A stretch of DNA of 64,000 bases from the human T2T-CHM13v2.0 reference genome, Homo sapiens. This document shows, piece after piece, positions 31,201-45,489 of this stretch (position 1 is the first letter of the stretch; each line of letters starts with the position of its first letter). The notes beneath the pieces were generated by a model. It was not told where the DNA came from, did no database searches, and worked only from the letters and a program-made list of their open reading frames with translations. The DNA lies in assembly GCF_009914755.1 (NCBI RefSeq), contig NC_060931.1; one strand, 5' to 3'. The translations under genes and the position numbers were made by a program.

Positions 31201-31554
31201 TCTGACTCTTAAGCAAGCAACATCTTTGAGATTTTCTAGATTTGTGCTGCCAAAAACAAGGGGCCACACAAGGGTAAACACATACAGAAGTGACACTGTT
31301 ACAGTTAGGAGAAGTCTCAAAGCTTTTCCTGAAACATGGAGAAGGTGGGGTAAATCTCACAGACATACACCTGAGCCAGGTTCCAGCAGCTCCATTGGCT
31401 TTAGATCCTACCTGCCTCCCCAAGGCCTGCTCTTCTATTTCTCTTCTCAGGCTATTCCTTTCTATAAAGAACAGGCTAGTTTCTGTGATTTCTATTGCTT
31501 TGCCTTATCTTTTCTTTTTAACCTTTGTTGGAATATAACAAAAGAAAAAATATA

Positions 31555-33700
31555 CAGGCGTACATCATTTTATTGAGTTTCTCTTTATTGCACTTTGCAG
31601 ATATTATGGTTTTTTTACACATTGAAGGTCTGTGGCAATCCTGAGTCAAGCAAGTCTATAGGTGCTATTTTTCCAACAGCATGTGCTCACTTCTGTGTCT
31701 CATTTTGATAATTCTCACAACATTTCAAACTCTTTCATTGTTATTATATCTGTTAAGGTGATCTGTGATCCGTGATCTTTGATGTCACTATTGGAACTGT
31801 TTTGAGGCACCATGAACTGCTCCCATACGAGACAACAAATTCATTCAATAAATGTTATGTGTGTTCTGACAGACCAGCCACTTCCTCATTTCTTTCCCTC
31901 CGCTCAGCCCTGCCTATTCCCTAAAACACACTAACATTGAAAATAGGCCAATTAATAACCCAATAATGGCTTGTAAGTGTTCAAGTGAAATGAAGAGTCG
32001 CATATCTCTCATTTTAAGTCAAAAGCTAGAAAGGATTAAGCTTAGAAAGGCATGTCATAAGAAGAGACGGGTCAAATGCTAGGCCTCTTGCACCAAACAG
32101 CCAAATTGAAGGCTATGAGAAAGGTAAGGAAGGTGTAGAAGAAAAGTTTGAAGCTAGGAGAAGTTGGTTCATGAGGAAAAAGGCAATAAGCCATCTCCAT
32201 AACATGGAAATGCAAGGTGAAGCAGCAAGTGCTGATGTAGAAGCTGCAGTAAGTTATCCAGAAGATCTAGCTAAGATCATTGATGAAAGTGACTACACTA
32301 AACAACATATTTTAATGTAGATGAAACAGCTTTGTGTCAGAAGATGCCATCTAGGGTTTTCATAGCTACTGAGAAGAAGTCAATGCCTGGTTTCAAAGCT
32401 GCAAAGGACAGGCTGACTCTCTTGTTAGTGGCTAATGAAGCTGGTGAGTTTAGGTTGAAGCTAATGCTCACTTACTATTCTGAAAACATGAGGGATTTGA
32501 AGAATCATGCTAAATCTACTTTGCTAGTGCTCCATAAATGGAACAACAAAGCCTGGATGACAGCACATATGTTTCCAGCATGGTATACTGAATATTGAGA
32601 CTTCTAAGAAAATAAAGATTCCTTTCAAAATAGTATTGCTCACTGACAATGCACTTAGTAACCCAAGGGTTCTGATAGAGATGTACAAGAAGATTCACAT
32701 TGATTTCATGCCTGCTAACATAAGATCCATTCTGCAGCTCATTAACCAAGAAGGAATTTTGACTTTCGAGTCTTATTATTTAAGAAATACAGTTTGTAAA
32801 GCTATAGCTACCACAGATAGTGATGGATTAGAGCAAAGTAAATGGAAAACTTTCTGGAAAGGATCACCATTCTAGATGCCATTAACACACTTGTGATTCA
32901 AGGGAGGAAGTTAAAATGTCAACATGAACAGGCATTTGGAAGAAGTTGATTCCAATCCTCACAGACGACTTTGAGGGATTCAAGACTTCAGTAAAGGAAG
33001 TAACTGGAGATGTTCTAGAAATAGCAAAAGAATTAGAAACAGAAGTGGAGCCTAAAGATGTGACTAAATTGCTGAAGTCTCATGATAAAACTTGAATGGA
33101 TGAGGTATTGCTTCTTATGGACGAACAAAGAAAGTTGTGTCTTGAAGTGAAATCTAATCCTAGTGAAGATGCTGTGAACACTGTTGAAATGATAAAGGAT
33201 TTAGAATATTTATATAAACGTAGCTGATAAAGCAGTGGCAGGGTATGAGAGGACTAATTCCAATTTTGAAAAATGTTCTTCTGTGGGTAAAATACTATCA
33301 AACAGTATCACATACTATTCAGAAATCTTTTGTGAAAAGAAGAGTGAATCGCTATGCAAATTTCATTGTTGTCTTATTTAAAGAAACTAATATAGCCAAC
33401 CTAGTCATTAAGCAGCCATCCACATCAAGGCGAGACCCTCTACCAGCAAAAAGATTATGACTTGCTGAAGGCTCAAATGCTTGGTAGCATTTTTTAAAAC
33501 AAGAAAGTATTTTTAAATTAAGATACATAGGTTATTTTTTAAACATAATTCTATTATACCCCTAATAGACCACAGTACAGTAAAACATAAATTTTATATG
33601 CAGTGTGAAATAAAAAAAATTGTGTGACCTGCTTTATTGCAATATTCACTTTGTGGCAGTGGTCTGGAACTGGACCCACAATATCTCCAAGGTATGCTTG
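31555..33700 (+). mobile_element. Tigger1 DNA transposon with decayed pogo-type transposase
   Basis: Starts TA|caggcgtac...tttattgcactttgcagata and ends caatatctccaaggtatgcttg. ORF fragments [25 protein letters not shown] and LTDNA are Tigger DDE remnants broken by stops and frameshifts. Confidence 0.92.
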
Positions 33701-34788
33701 CATAGCATTCAGGAAAAAAAAAGTGTCTTGGTTGCTTTCTAAACAATTTATTTTCATAATTTCTGTAAAATAATTATTATTATATGTCCTTATTTACAGG
33801 GGTACTCTTTATAATTTCTTTTTGTTTTAAAATCAATCAAAAATAATCCTCAAGCTTTTCTTTCAAATCTCAGAACTGAAAGAAACTATAGTTTTAGTTC
33901 AGACATATAAAGAGCTTGGAAGTCATCACTCCCATCCTCAGAATAAAAAGTTGGGCAAGCTGCAAATCATTGACTTTTCTTGGACTTCTCAGAGAACTGA
34001 GTGTGCAGGGGAAACCACTAACCAAAATCTAGAAAGATGGGCAAATCCAGAAAGACACAGCACTTGGAGCAGAAGCTGCTGTATGCCATGAGTGGTAGGA
34101 ATATTTACTTGTCTAGTAATTTTGAAAAATTACTATAAGCTGGGTGCAGAGAGTAAGAAATTCCTGGAGCCACAATCATAAAGAGGCTCCCAAACTTTGC
34201 TGGACTTTCCTTTCAGTTACCCCACAAAGTTCTAATAGTGAGGATCCAAAAAAGATCCCTGTATGGCCATGGCAGAAAAAAGGGGGAGAAAGCCATTGTT
34301 CAATCTCCCAGATCCTTCTCTCTAGCAAAAGCAGAAAGGTTTTGCCTGAGGGAAACACTGAAAACTTATCCCAGGTGGAAGAAGAGAATACCACCCCACT
34401 CCAGCCCTCTTGACTCACGTACTGAAAAGCAAAAACAAAAAACAGAGAGAACAGGAGACAGGACTTCAAAAAAAGAGACTGGGAAGCTGCATCCAGGGAA
34501 GAGAATGAAGAATATGGTAGTAGGAGGGAGCAATCCTCCTAGACCAGGGACAGAAACACTTATGAAGGTTACAGGTCCACTAAAAGACTGAGATTTAATC
34601 AGATTAGAGGACACTCCATCTCTCCAACACTTTACCACAATACCAACACAGCTCTAGGATGACAAGAGTGGATTGGTGACAGCTAAAAGAGCTGCAGGAT
34701 GTAGACTTTCCCTGGGGCAGAGTCCTTAGGGAAGCCCAGTCAAAAGGGGAGACAAAAACAAGGATACTGGAGGAAGCTGAAGTTTCTC

Positions 34789-36931
34789 TTTTGCTGTGCA
34801 GAAGATCTTTAGTTTAATTAGATCCCATTTGTCAATTTTGGCTTTTGACGCCATTGCTTCTGGTGTTTTAGACATGAAGTCCTTGCCCATGCCTATGTCC
34901 TGAATGGTATTGCCTAGGTTTTCTTCTAGGGTTTTTATGGTTTTAGGTCTAACACTTAAGTCTTTAATCCATCTGGAATTAATTTTTGTATAAGGTGTAA
35001 GGAAGGGATCCAGTTTCAGCTTTCTACATATGGCTAGCCAGTTTTCCCAGCACCATTTATTAAATAGGGAATCCTTTCCCCATTTCTTGTTTTTGTCAGG
35101 TTTGTCAAAGATCAGATGGTTGTTTATGTGTGGTATTATTTCTGAGGACTCTGCTCTGTTCCATAGGTCTATATCTCTGTTTTGGTACCAGTACCATGCT
35201 GTTTTGGTTACTGTAGCCTTGTAGTATAGTTTGAAATCAGGTAGCGTGATGCCTCCAGCTTTGTTCTTTTGGCTTAGGATTGTCTTGGCAATGCAGGCTC
35301 TTTTTTGGTTCCATATGAACTTTAAAGTAGTGCTTTCCGATTCTGTGAAGAAAGTCATTGGTAGCTTGATGGGGATGGCATTGAATCTATAAATTACCTT
35401 GGGCATTATGGCCATTTTCACGATATTGATTCTTCTATCCATGAGCATGGAATGTTCTTCCATTTGTTTGTGTCCTCTTTTTATTTCGTTGAGCAGTGGT
35501 TTGTAGTTCTCCTTGAAGAGGTCCTTCACATCCCTTGTAAGTTGGATTCCTAGGTATTTTGTTCTCTTTGAAGCAATTGTGAATAGGAGTTCATTTGTGA
35601 TTTGGCTCTCTGTTTGTCTGTTATTGGTGTATAAGAATGCTTGTGATTTTTGCACATTGATTTTGTATCCTGAGATTTTGCTGAAATTGTTTATCAGCTT
35701 AAGGAGATTTGGGGCTGAGATGATGGGGTTTTCTAAATATACAATCATGTCATCTGCAAACAGGGACAATTTGACTTCCTCTTTTCCTAATTGAATACCC
35801 TTTCTTTCTTTCTCCTGCCTGATTGCCCTGGCCAGAACTTCCAACACTATGTTGAATAGGAGTGGTGAGAGAGGGCATCCCTGTCTTGTGCCAGTTTTCA
35901 AAGGGAATGCTTACACTTTTTGCCCATTACAGAAGCTGCCATCAGAGTGAACAGGCAACCTACAGAATGGGAGAAAATTTTTGCAATCTACTCATCTGAT
36001 AAAGGGCTAATATCCAGAATCTACAAAGAACTCAAACAAATTTACAAGAAAAAAACAAACAACCCCATCAAAAAGTGGGCAAAGGATATGAACAGACACT
36101 TCTCAAAAGAAGACATTTATGCAGCCAACAGACATATGAAAAAATGCTCATCATCACTGGCCATCAGAGAAATGCAAATCAAAACCACAATGAGATACCA
36201 TCTCACACCAGTTAGAATGGCAATCATTAAAAAGTCAGGAAACAACAGGTGCTGGAGAGGATGTGGAGAAATAGGAACACTTTTACACTGTTGGTGGGAC
36301 TGTAAACTAGTTCAACCACTGTGAAAGACAGTGTGGCAATTCCTCAAGGATCTAGAACTAGAAATACCATTCGACCAGCCATCCCATTACTGGGTATATA
36401 CCCAAAGGATTAGAAATCATGCTGCTATAAAGATACAGGCACAGTATGTTTATTGAGGCACTATTCACAATAGCAAAGACTTGGAACCAACCCAAATGTC
36501 AATGATAGACTGGATTAAGAAAATGTGGCACATATACACCATGGAAATACTATGCAGCCGTAAAAAAGGATGAGTTAATGTCCTTTGTAGGGACATGGAT
36601 GAAGCTGGAAACCATCATTCTCAGCAAACTATCGCAAGGACAGAAAACCAAACACCGCATGTTCTCACTCATAGGTGGGAATTGAACAATGAGAACACGT
36701 GGACACAGGAAGGGGAACGAAACACACTGGGCCCTTTGTGGTGTGGACGAGTGGGGAGGGGATAGCATTAGGAGATATACCTAATGTAAATGATGAGTTA
36801 ATGGGTGCAGCACACCAACATGGCACATGTATACATATGTAACTAACCTGCACGTTGTGCACATGTACCCTAGAACTTAAAGTATAATAAAAAAATTAAA
36901 AATAAGGAGATTTAATAATATGTAAAAAAAA
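34789..36931. mobile_element. L1PA (PA4-PA6-like) with 5' inversion (twin priming)
   Basis: Minus-strand ORF2 RT segment 34789-35928 (LFADDMIVY) joined to plus-strand ORF2 C-terminus, 3'UTR and poly-A from ~35931. TSD aagtttctc at 34780-34788 and 36932-36940. Confidence 0.93.
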
Positions 36932-38635
36932 AAGTTTCTCGTACTTATGGCTACAAGAAACACTAAACATTAAGCACAGCTCAACTCCTACTCAGATTAA
37001 CATAAATATTTATATGAAAGCCTTAGTTACCTCAGTTCTCAGTTCTCATTACCTAATATATCTGGCTTACAACAAAAAATTATGAAGCATGTCAAAAGCA
37101 CAAAACCAAAAGAAACACAATCTGGAGAGATAAAGCAAGCATCTGAACTAGATTCAGATACGAGACAGATGTTAGAATTATCAAACAAGGAATTTAGATT
37201 ACTATTATTAATAGGCTAAGGGCCCTAATGTAAAAAGTTGAAAACATGCAAAAACAATGCATAATAAAAGCAGGAGACGGAAACTACCAAAAAATCAAAA
37301 GGAAATGCTAGACATAAAAAAAAAAAAAAAAACACCGTGGAAAAAAATGAAGAATGCCTTTGATAGGCTCATTAGTGGACTTGACATTGCTGAGGAAAGA
37401 ATCAGTGAGCTTGAAGACATGTCAATAAAAACTTCCCAAACTGAAATACAAAGAGAAAAAGAGTTGAACAAACAGAACGGACATCCCAGGACTGTGGGAT
37501 AACATGGGTAACAGAAACATGGGTGACATAAACATATCTAGAATACCAGAAAAAGAATAAAGAGGGGATAGGACAGAAGGAATATTTGAAGTAATAACAG
37601 CAGTGAACTTTCCAAAATTAATAATAGACACTGACCCACAGATACAGGAAGCTCAGAAAAACACCAAGCAAAAGAAATACACACAAGCACACACACCCCT
37701 AGACACAGCATATTCGAATTGCAGAAAAATGAAAGAAGGAAAAACTCTTGAAGGAAGCCATAAGGGGGAAAATAACACCTTACCTCTAAAGAGTAAAGGA
37801 TAAGAACTACATTAAACTCATCAGAAATCATGCAAACAAAAAGACAGTGTGGTGAAATTTTCAGAGCGCTGAAAGAGAAAAAAAAATCTAACAGATAATT
37901 CTATATCCAGTGAAATTATACTTTAAATGCGAAGAAGAAACAAGGACTTTCTCAAACAAAAACTGAGAGACTGCATCACCACTAGTCTTGGCCTACAAGA
38001 CATGATAAAAGTTCTTCAGAGATAAGGAAAATAATATCAGTAAGAAATTTGAATCTACATAAAGAAATGAAAGAGCATCAGAGGAGGAATAAATGAAGGT
38101 AAAATACATATAATCTTTTATTTTTCTTATTTTTAATTGAGCTAAAAGATAACTGTTCAAAGCAATAATAGAAAGAATATATTGGGGGTTATAGCATATT
38201 ATAAATGAAGTGAATGACAGCAATGCCACAAGGGATGCGAGGAAGGAATTGGATATACTCTATTATGGAGTAGCTGCAGTACACATGAAGCCTTATAGTA
38301 TAGTGTTATCTGATGGTAGGCTTAGATTATTTAAAAATATGTATTTTAAACTCTAGGAGAATCACCAAAATTTTGTTTTGTTTTTTAAAAAAATGTATAA
38401 GCAGTACACCAAAAGACACAAAATGGAATTCATATAAAGTGTTCAATCAAAATTACAGAAGGCACAAAAACTAGGGGAGGGCAAAGAACAAATGCATCAA
38501 GTGGTAAAAGCTACAAAGATTTTAAAATTTAATCCAACTACATTAGTAATCACCTTAAATATGAATGGCCTAAACATACCCATTAAAAGACCAAGATGAT
38601 CAGTCTGGATTTAAAAAAAAAAAAAAGAAAACTTG

Positions 38636-38972
<337 letters not shown>

Positions 38973-40339
38973 TTAAAAATAAAGACTTATGTTAAAAGTA
39001 AACAGATGGAGAAAGAGATACCATGTTAACCTTAATAAAAAGAAAGCTGGAGTGGCTGTATTAGCTTAAGACAATGTAGATTTCAGAAAAAGGAAAATAA
39101 TCAGGGATAAAAAGGAATACTACATCACGATAAAGGAGTCAATTCTACAATAAAACATAACAATCCTACTACAAATATATGTACCTAATAGAGTATCAAA
39201 ATATATGAGACAAATACTGATAGAACTGAAAGGACAAATAAACAAAACTGCTATTTTTTATTGTTGTTCAGGCCAACTCTGAGCAAGGACAAAGCCACTG
39301 CTACAGTTGGAGATCTGAATTGCAAGTAGGTTTCAAATCACAGAAGACTAAAACCAGGGTGCCCACAGTCCAGCTGATTCTCTAGTAGGCAGACAACTTA
39401 AACATATTTTAAGTTAATAACATAAACTCATAGGAACATGGAAATATATTTTATAACCTTGTAACATCTAGTATATTCTAATCCATATGTAATAACTCAT
39501 TTAGAGGTCTTATAATATCTTTGTGTTTTAAAATCAATAAAAAATAATCCATAAGCTTTTCTTTCAAATCTCAGAACTGAAAGGAATTATAGCTTTAACT
39601 GAGACATATAAAGAGCTTGAAAGTCATCACTCCCATCCTCAGAATAAAAAGCTGGGCAAGCTGCAAATAAATGACTTTTCTTGGACTTATCAAGTCTTAT
39701 CTTACATAGACTTTAGCCACTACAGAGGAAAAAATATGTTTTTTCGCTCAACTTGGATTCCCTAATACCTACAGAGGTTTTGGACTTGAATAAAGCTCAA
39801 CAAATATCTACTGAATGTCTGAATCTGAGTTTTCCCACTAAATTATGTTAATCAACATTTATTTGTACAAGTGAGCTACTGTTTCACTAAAAATACAAAG
39901 TTCCAGTTGAAGTTATCTTTCAAATAGAAGATTTTGGTTTTATAGTCTTCTTCCACTATTATCAAATAACTACCTGGTTTAATAAAACAATGAAATCAAT
40001 TACAGTGAGTACACAAATTGTTCACAGGGTTAAAGTGCCTCAGTGATTTACTATTAACTCTATTAATTTGTTGACTTGAAATGATCCACAAATTACCAAT
40101 GCAAAGTAACCAATATGGATATAACACAGAAATTCAGAGAAGATTTGCAAAAAGATTAAAAACAAACATGTATATTATAGAAGTGTAACTCTTAAGGTAA
40201 CACAAAAATTTTTAAGTGTCAGAATTTTATCAATTTAAGTTTTATATTAGGGCATAGTTAAATAATTTATACCCTCAACATAAACAAACAAAATGCAAAT
40301 ATAGAAGGACTACATTATTAGACAAATCATTGGGTCTAA

Positions 40340-40699
<360 letters not shown>

Positions 40700-41242
40700 T
40701 AACTAGAATAACAACTGAAGAGAAAATATAATATTCACTCTGTCATCTCTTTAAATTACATAGTTCAACTATCATCCTCAATTTATTTCAATCTGGATGA
40801 GTTAAATAAAAAAATTTGAAATTTAATTACTTCCATACAACTCAGAAGACCAGCATCATATCTTTATAAAATATTATTTTGCAGTGAGAAATACCTATTT
40901 ATTATAATTTGCCAAGCTTCTTCAGATAGGAGATGATTTTCCTTTTACTCTACATGGCATGGCCCATTAATACCTAATAGGCACAAATCTAATGTCCTAC
41001 AGTAGGACACATGGGGATGATTACTTACTGGATAAGAAGTACTGATATTCTTCTCCTTCTACCAAATACTTTTTTCAAAACTTCTCTCAAATATCACTAT
41101 GTGATCTATTCAAATTCAATTTTGCTCAACTTTCCAAGTAAAGTGATTATAGCAAGTAAAGGACATCTTCATAGGCTTGTAAATACTTCATGTTCATTCC
41201 ACGAGTCAGACAGGGGAAGGGAAAATATCAGAGACCACTTAC

Positions 41243-41575
41243 CTGACATGCATTATAAAGGAGCTGGTGTTCCAGTTTTTTAATACCCAGAATCTGCTGA
41301 AACATTTCATAGAGTTGTTCCTTGCTCAGAATAAGTTCAGACACTGCACTTAGGGCCATTCTATTTGGCTGTTTGCACAAGTCCTCTTCACCTCTGTAAA
41401 TGGCATCATATTTGGCTATCCATGAGCTCAACACTGTCTCTTTGCTCAAGCCATCTATTTCTGGCAAACTCCGCACACGTTTTTCTATGTTTTTCTTAAA
41501 TACTTCTCTGAAGTCATTAGCAGAACACCCTCCACTCTGTACCATTCTGGCCACTCGGTCACTCTTTAGAAAAAC
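41243..41575 (-). CDS. CADPS2: CADPS2 coding exon 3 ([16 protein letters not shown]...[10 protein letters not shown]), calcium-dependent secretion activator 2
   Basis: 333 nt, 111 codons, phase 0/0. Acceptor (gtttt)ncAG at 41576-41577 and donor CAG|GTaagt at 41242-41241. The peptide is recognisably the CAPS N-terminal region; the 111-aa length matches the described CADPS2 exon 3. Confidence 0.95.
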
Positions 41576-41578
41576 CTG

Positions 41579-41610
41579 AAAACAAAACAAAACAAAACAA
41601 AACAAAAAAC
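41579..41610. repeat. (AAAAC)5+ pentanucleotide STR forming the exon 3 polypyrimidine tract
   Basis: Minus strand reads gtttttt(gtttt)5cag immediately before the exon. Confidence 0.9.
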
Positions 41611-41820
41611 AATTACAATTAGGTGTAGATGCTAACACCACTTGCTTTCAGCAATCCAGCCAGAGTTTCTACAAATATTTCAGCCAAATACTCCACAATG
41701 ATTCAAAATGTTTTATAATACATGGTAACTAATGTCATAATGTTGGCCCCAAATCTCTCTAAAATTTTAAAATGTGTAGGAGACACAGTATACAGTAAAA
41801 AATACCAGTAAGATGGTTTA

Positions 41821-42093
41821 CTTTGACCTGTATGTCTCCCACCTCTACAACGAAATCCTTTAGAGTGATGTCCTTATGAATGTGATTCGTGCTCTTATAC
41901 ACAGACTCCAGAACTCTCTCATGCCTTCCACCACATGTGTTCAGAGTGAAAGGACAGCTGTCTGTGAATCAGGAAGCAGGTCCTCACAGACACCAAATTG
42001 GCTAACACCCTGATTTTGGACTTCCCAAGCCTCCAGAACTGTAAGAAATAAATGACCATTGTTTATAAGCAAAAAAAAAAAAAAAAAAAAAAA
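41821..42093 (+). mobile_element. MaLR (MLT1A/MST-type) LTR fragment ending in poly-A
   Basis: ggacttcccaagcctccagaactgtaagaaataaatg...gtttataagc followed by A23. Confidence 0.7.
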
Positions 42094-42766
42094 GATGATT
42101 AGGAAAACAACTGGAGATATGAACCCAACATCCATACCTGTGTCTGAGAGTTCTAGCTGGTTTTTCAGCAGGGAAAGAATCATGTATTATTTGAGTGTGG
42201 ACTTGAAGATCAACAGTAGGGTAAGTCTAATATCCAAGTCAATATTCATCATATGTAATTTTTACTCAAAATTGCCCAACAGCTGGGGGGCTAGAATATA
42301 CCTGTCCCCATCCCTGATTTTACCACCTCTGCAACTTCTCACACACTTATCATAACTAGAAAGAATGGAGGCTTGGAAAGCAATACCTCTAAGGGACTTC
42401 TAATTGTCCATTACTACTGGAAAATAAAATAAAATAAAAACAACAATAGAGACAACCATAGAGTAAGATGTTCATGAGACAGGTAGCAAGGGTTGGGTAA
42501 AAATAAGTACAGTAATAAGGTCATATTTGGGAAGAGACACCAGAGATTTGGCCTTAAATCTCTCTGTTCTGCTAAGTTATGTATCTAAGTATCAGTTAAG
42601 ATTCATTAAACTTCTGTTATGCTGTCAATATTCCTAAGAATCCTCCATAAGCCATATAAGACTGCTTTTATTCTTGCTTTATTCTTTCTATGATGTCAAA
42701 AGACTCTCCCAGAAAAGCCTGCAGGACAATTTAATAGAACCTCCATAAATTATATGCTGTTATTGA

Positions 42767-43107
<341 letters not shown>

Positions 43108-43449
43108 TCAACTTTTACCCTAAGAACTGACTCATTATAGTGAAGTACTCCCAAGTTATGATCATACTACTTGCACCACACTTCCACGCCTGTCTGCATG
43201 TGGGCAAGCAGCACACCTGCTTGATACAGTCAAAGTGGACTCACTTGAACCACTGGGGCTGGCATGCTCAACCACCTGACCCCAAGCCTTTTCCCACCAC
43301 TTTAGTTCTCCCTCTTAAGGTCACTCACACAAACTGTTTTTCTTGTTTCCTATCTTTACTCAATGGCAAGAAGATTCCTGGAGCTCAAATATTTCGGCTG
43401 ACAGACTTCCGTACTGAAACACTGGTAGTAAATTCTGCATTGTCAAATA

Positions 43450-43786
43450 AGATGCTCCTCAAACTACAATGAGGTTACGTCCTAATAAGCCTGTCATAAG
43501 TTAAAAATATCATGTCAAAAATGCATTTAATACACCTAACTTACCTGAAACATGCTCAAAACACTTACATTAGCCTGCAGTTGGGCAAAATCATCTAATG
43601 CAAAGCTTACTTTATGATAAAGTGTTGAACATCTCATGTAATTTGTCAAATATTATACTGAGTATGAAAAGCAGGACGGCTGTATAGGCAGTCAAAATAT
43701 GGTTTCCACTGAGTTATATCACTTTTGTACCATTGTAAAGTTGAAAAATCATAAGCAGAACTGTCATGAGTCAGGGATCCTCTGCA
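43450..43786 (+). mobile_element. Tigger3/MER7-type non-autonomous DNA transposon
   Basis: agatgctcctcaaactacaatgaggttac...aaaatgcatttaatacacctaac...cattagcctgcagttgggcaaaatcatcta...gtcagggatcctctg. Confidence 0.75.
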
Positions 43787-44355
43787 TGTGTAACACATTC
43801 CCAAAATGCTTCCTCTCTCTTTACCAGCTCTGGCTCAATTACTTACTATTGGAAAGTCTCCCTGTCTTATTTTTTATGTTTTTAAGGCAACACAAATTAA
43901 TTCTTAAGTGACAGGTATATGCATAGTGCTTTAAATATTCATGTATCAAAGACAATGAAATTGAGATGTTTAACAATATGTTTTGTCTAAGAATGACAAG
44001 AGCTACTTCAGAACTCAGATGTGTCTCTACCTCCCTTCTCAACCTCATCTAATCACTCATTGAGCAGTGACATTTAACATACATAAATTGTATATTTATA
44101 ACCTGCATAAGTATTTATATGCAATTTAAAATTATATTCACAAATATTAGAAGTATTTACACATATGACCTTATATATTACATTATATACACACAATTTT
44201 GGTCTATCTGTACCCTAATTTCTGCAAAAGTTGTATCTCAAGGTGGAACTCAGGGAAGCTCAGTAGTTAAAAGGATGGACTCTGCCAGCTGTCAGTCTGT
44301 TGCTTTTCAGCTCCATTTCCACCTTTCCATTGCCCTACCTGTGTCTGCTAACACT

Positions 44356-44650
44356 TTTTTTTTTTTTTTGAGATGGAGTCTTGCTCTGTCACCCAGGCTG
44401 GAGTGCAATGGCACCATGTCGGTTCACTGCAAACTCCACTTCCCAGGTTCAGGCAATTCTGCTGCCTCAGCCTCCTGAGTAGCTGGGACTACTGGCACGT
44501 GCCACCATGGCCGGCTAATTTTTATATTTTTAGTAGAGACAGGGTTTCACCATGTTGGCCAGGCTGGTCTCAAACTCCTGACCTCATGATTCACCCACCT
44601 CAGCCTCCCAAAGTGCTGGGATTACAGGTATGAGTCACCACGCCCAGCCA
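44356..44650 (-). mobile_element. AluS
   Basis: Dimer reverse complement; TSD gctaacac at 44347-44354 and 44651-44658. Confidence 0.93.
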
Positions 44651-44689
44651 GCTAACACAATTTTAAGCAACATCGGTAGAGGCTGCCGG

Positions 44690-45148
44690 AGGACGTACAC
44701 TGGAAGAAAAAGGGCTCTTCTTCCTGGTTCTCTTCTTACCTGAAGGCATGTGGCAGCAACCCGTGGGCAGCTTTTCTCCAGACCCCTGAGAATGGTCTCC
44801 CAATGTACCATTCCCACTGGCAGATTCCCAGTGAGTTCTGCAGTGTGGCACCCCACTGTGGACAGCTTCCCCCTAGAACCCCAGAAGGCCAATCCCCTGC
44901 AAGTCTCCCTGCAACACTTCGGTGAACTACTCTGCCATGCAGTAAGACACACCTACTCCAGTGAGGTCTGGATCCCAGCCCTGGGGGAGGGGGTGCCTCT
45001 TTGGGTACTCTGCTCCTTATTTCTGCTACTCCTATATTCTTTAGAGTTTTCTTTACCCATACTAACCAATTTGTTATTGTTTATATTAAGCGTTCCCTGT
45101 TCAATTATTGTGTGTTCTCTGTCTTCACAGTGCACTCTAACTGATACA
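44690..45148 (+). mobile_element. Old ERVL-type LTR, family uncertain
   Basis: GC-richer block ending ...ctctaactgataca, a typical ERVL LTR terminus. 5' boundary unclear. Confidence 0.4.
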
Positions 45149-45489
45149 AAAATACTGAAGAGCTGCAAGATTGTCCCTATAGGAAAATATTCTAAGTCAA
45201 AACAACCACCTTTGAGAAATTTAGTAATGTATGTATAGTTTGACCAGCAAGATATAAGTGAAGTATGAATATCTTAGGAGGGACATCAGAAAACCCTTTA
45301 ATTGCTTAATTTCTAATATGCTAAGTTGGCAGACATTTTGTATTTTCCAAGTTCTTCTGCCTAACAGAGTCAGAGCTAGATTCCACCAAGTAACCAAATC
45401 ACATTTTTGAAACAAGGACACCAAGAAACTTACATTTTTGAACTCATTTCCCCTACAAAACCATACCTGAAGCCATACTCAATCCAATT

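Noticed and set aside
31025-31576. 183-aa plus-strand ORF with overlapping minus-strand ORFs
   Set aside because: No recognisable domain, runs into the Tigger1 end, and has no convincing splice context. Cannot be fully excluded without conservation data.
34726-35901. 391-aa reverse-transcriptase ORF
   Set aside because: Inverted fragment of a truncated L1 ORF2 with an internal out-of-frame stretch; not an autonomous or novel RT system.
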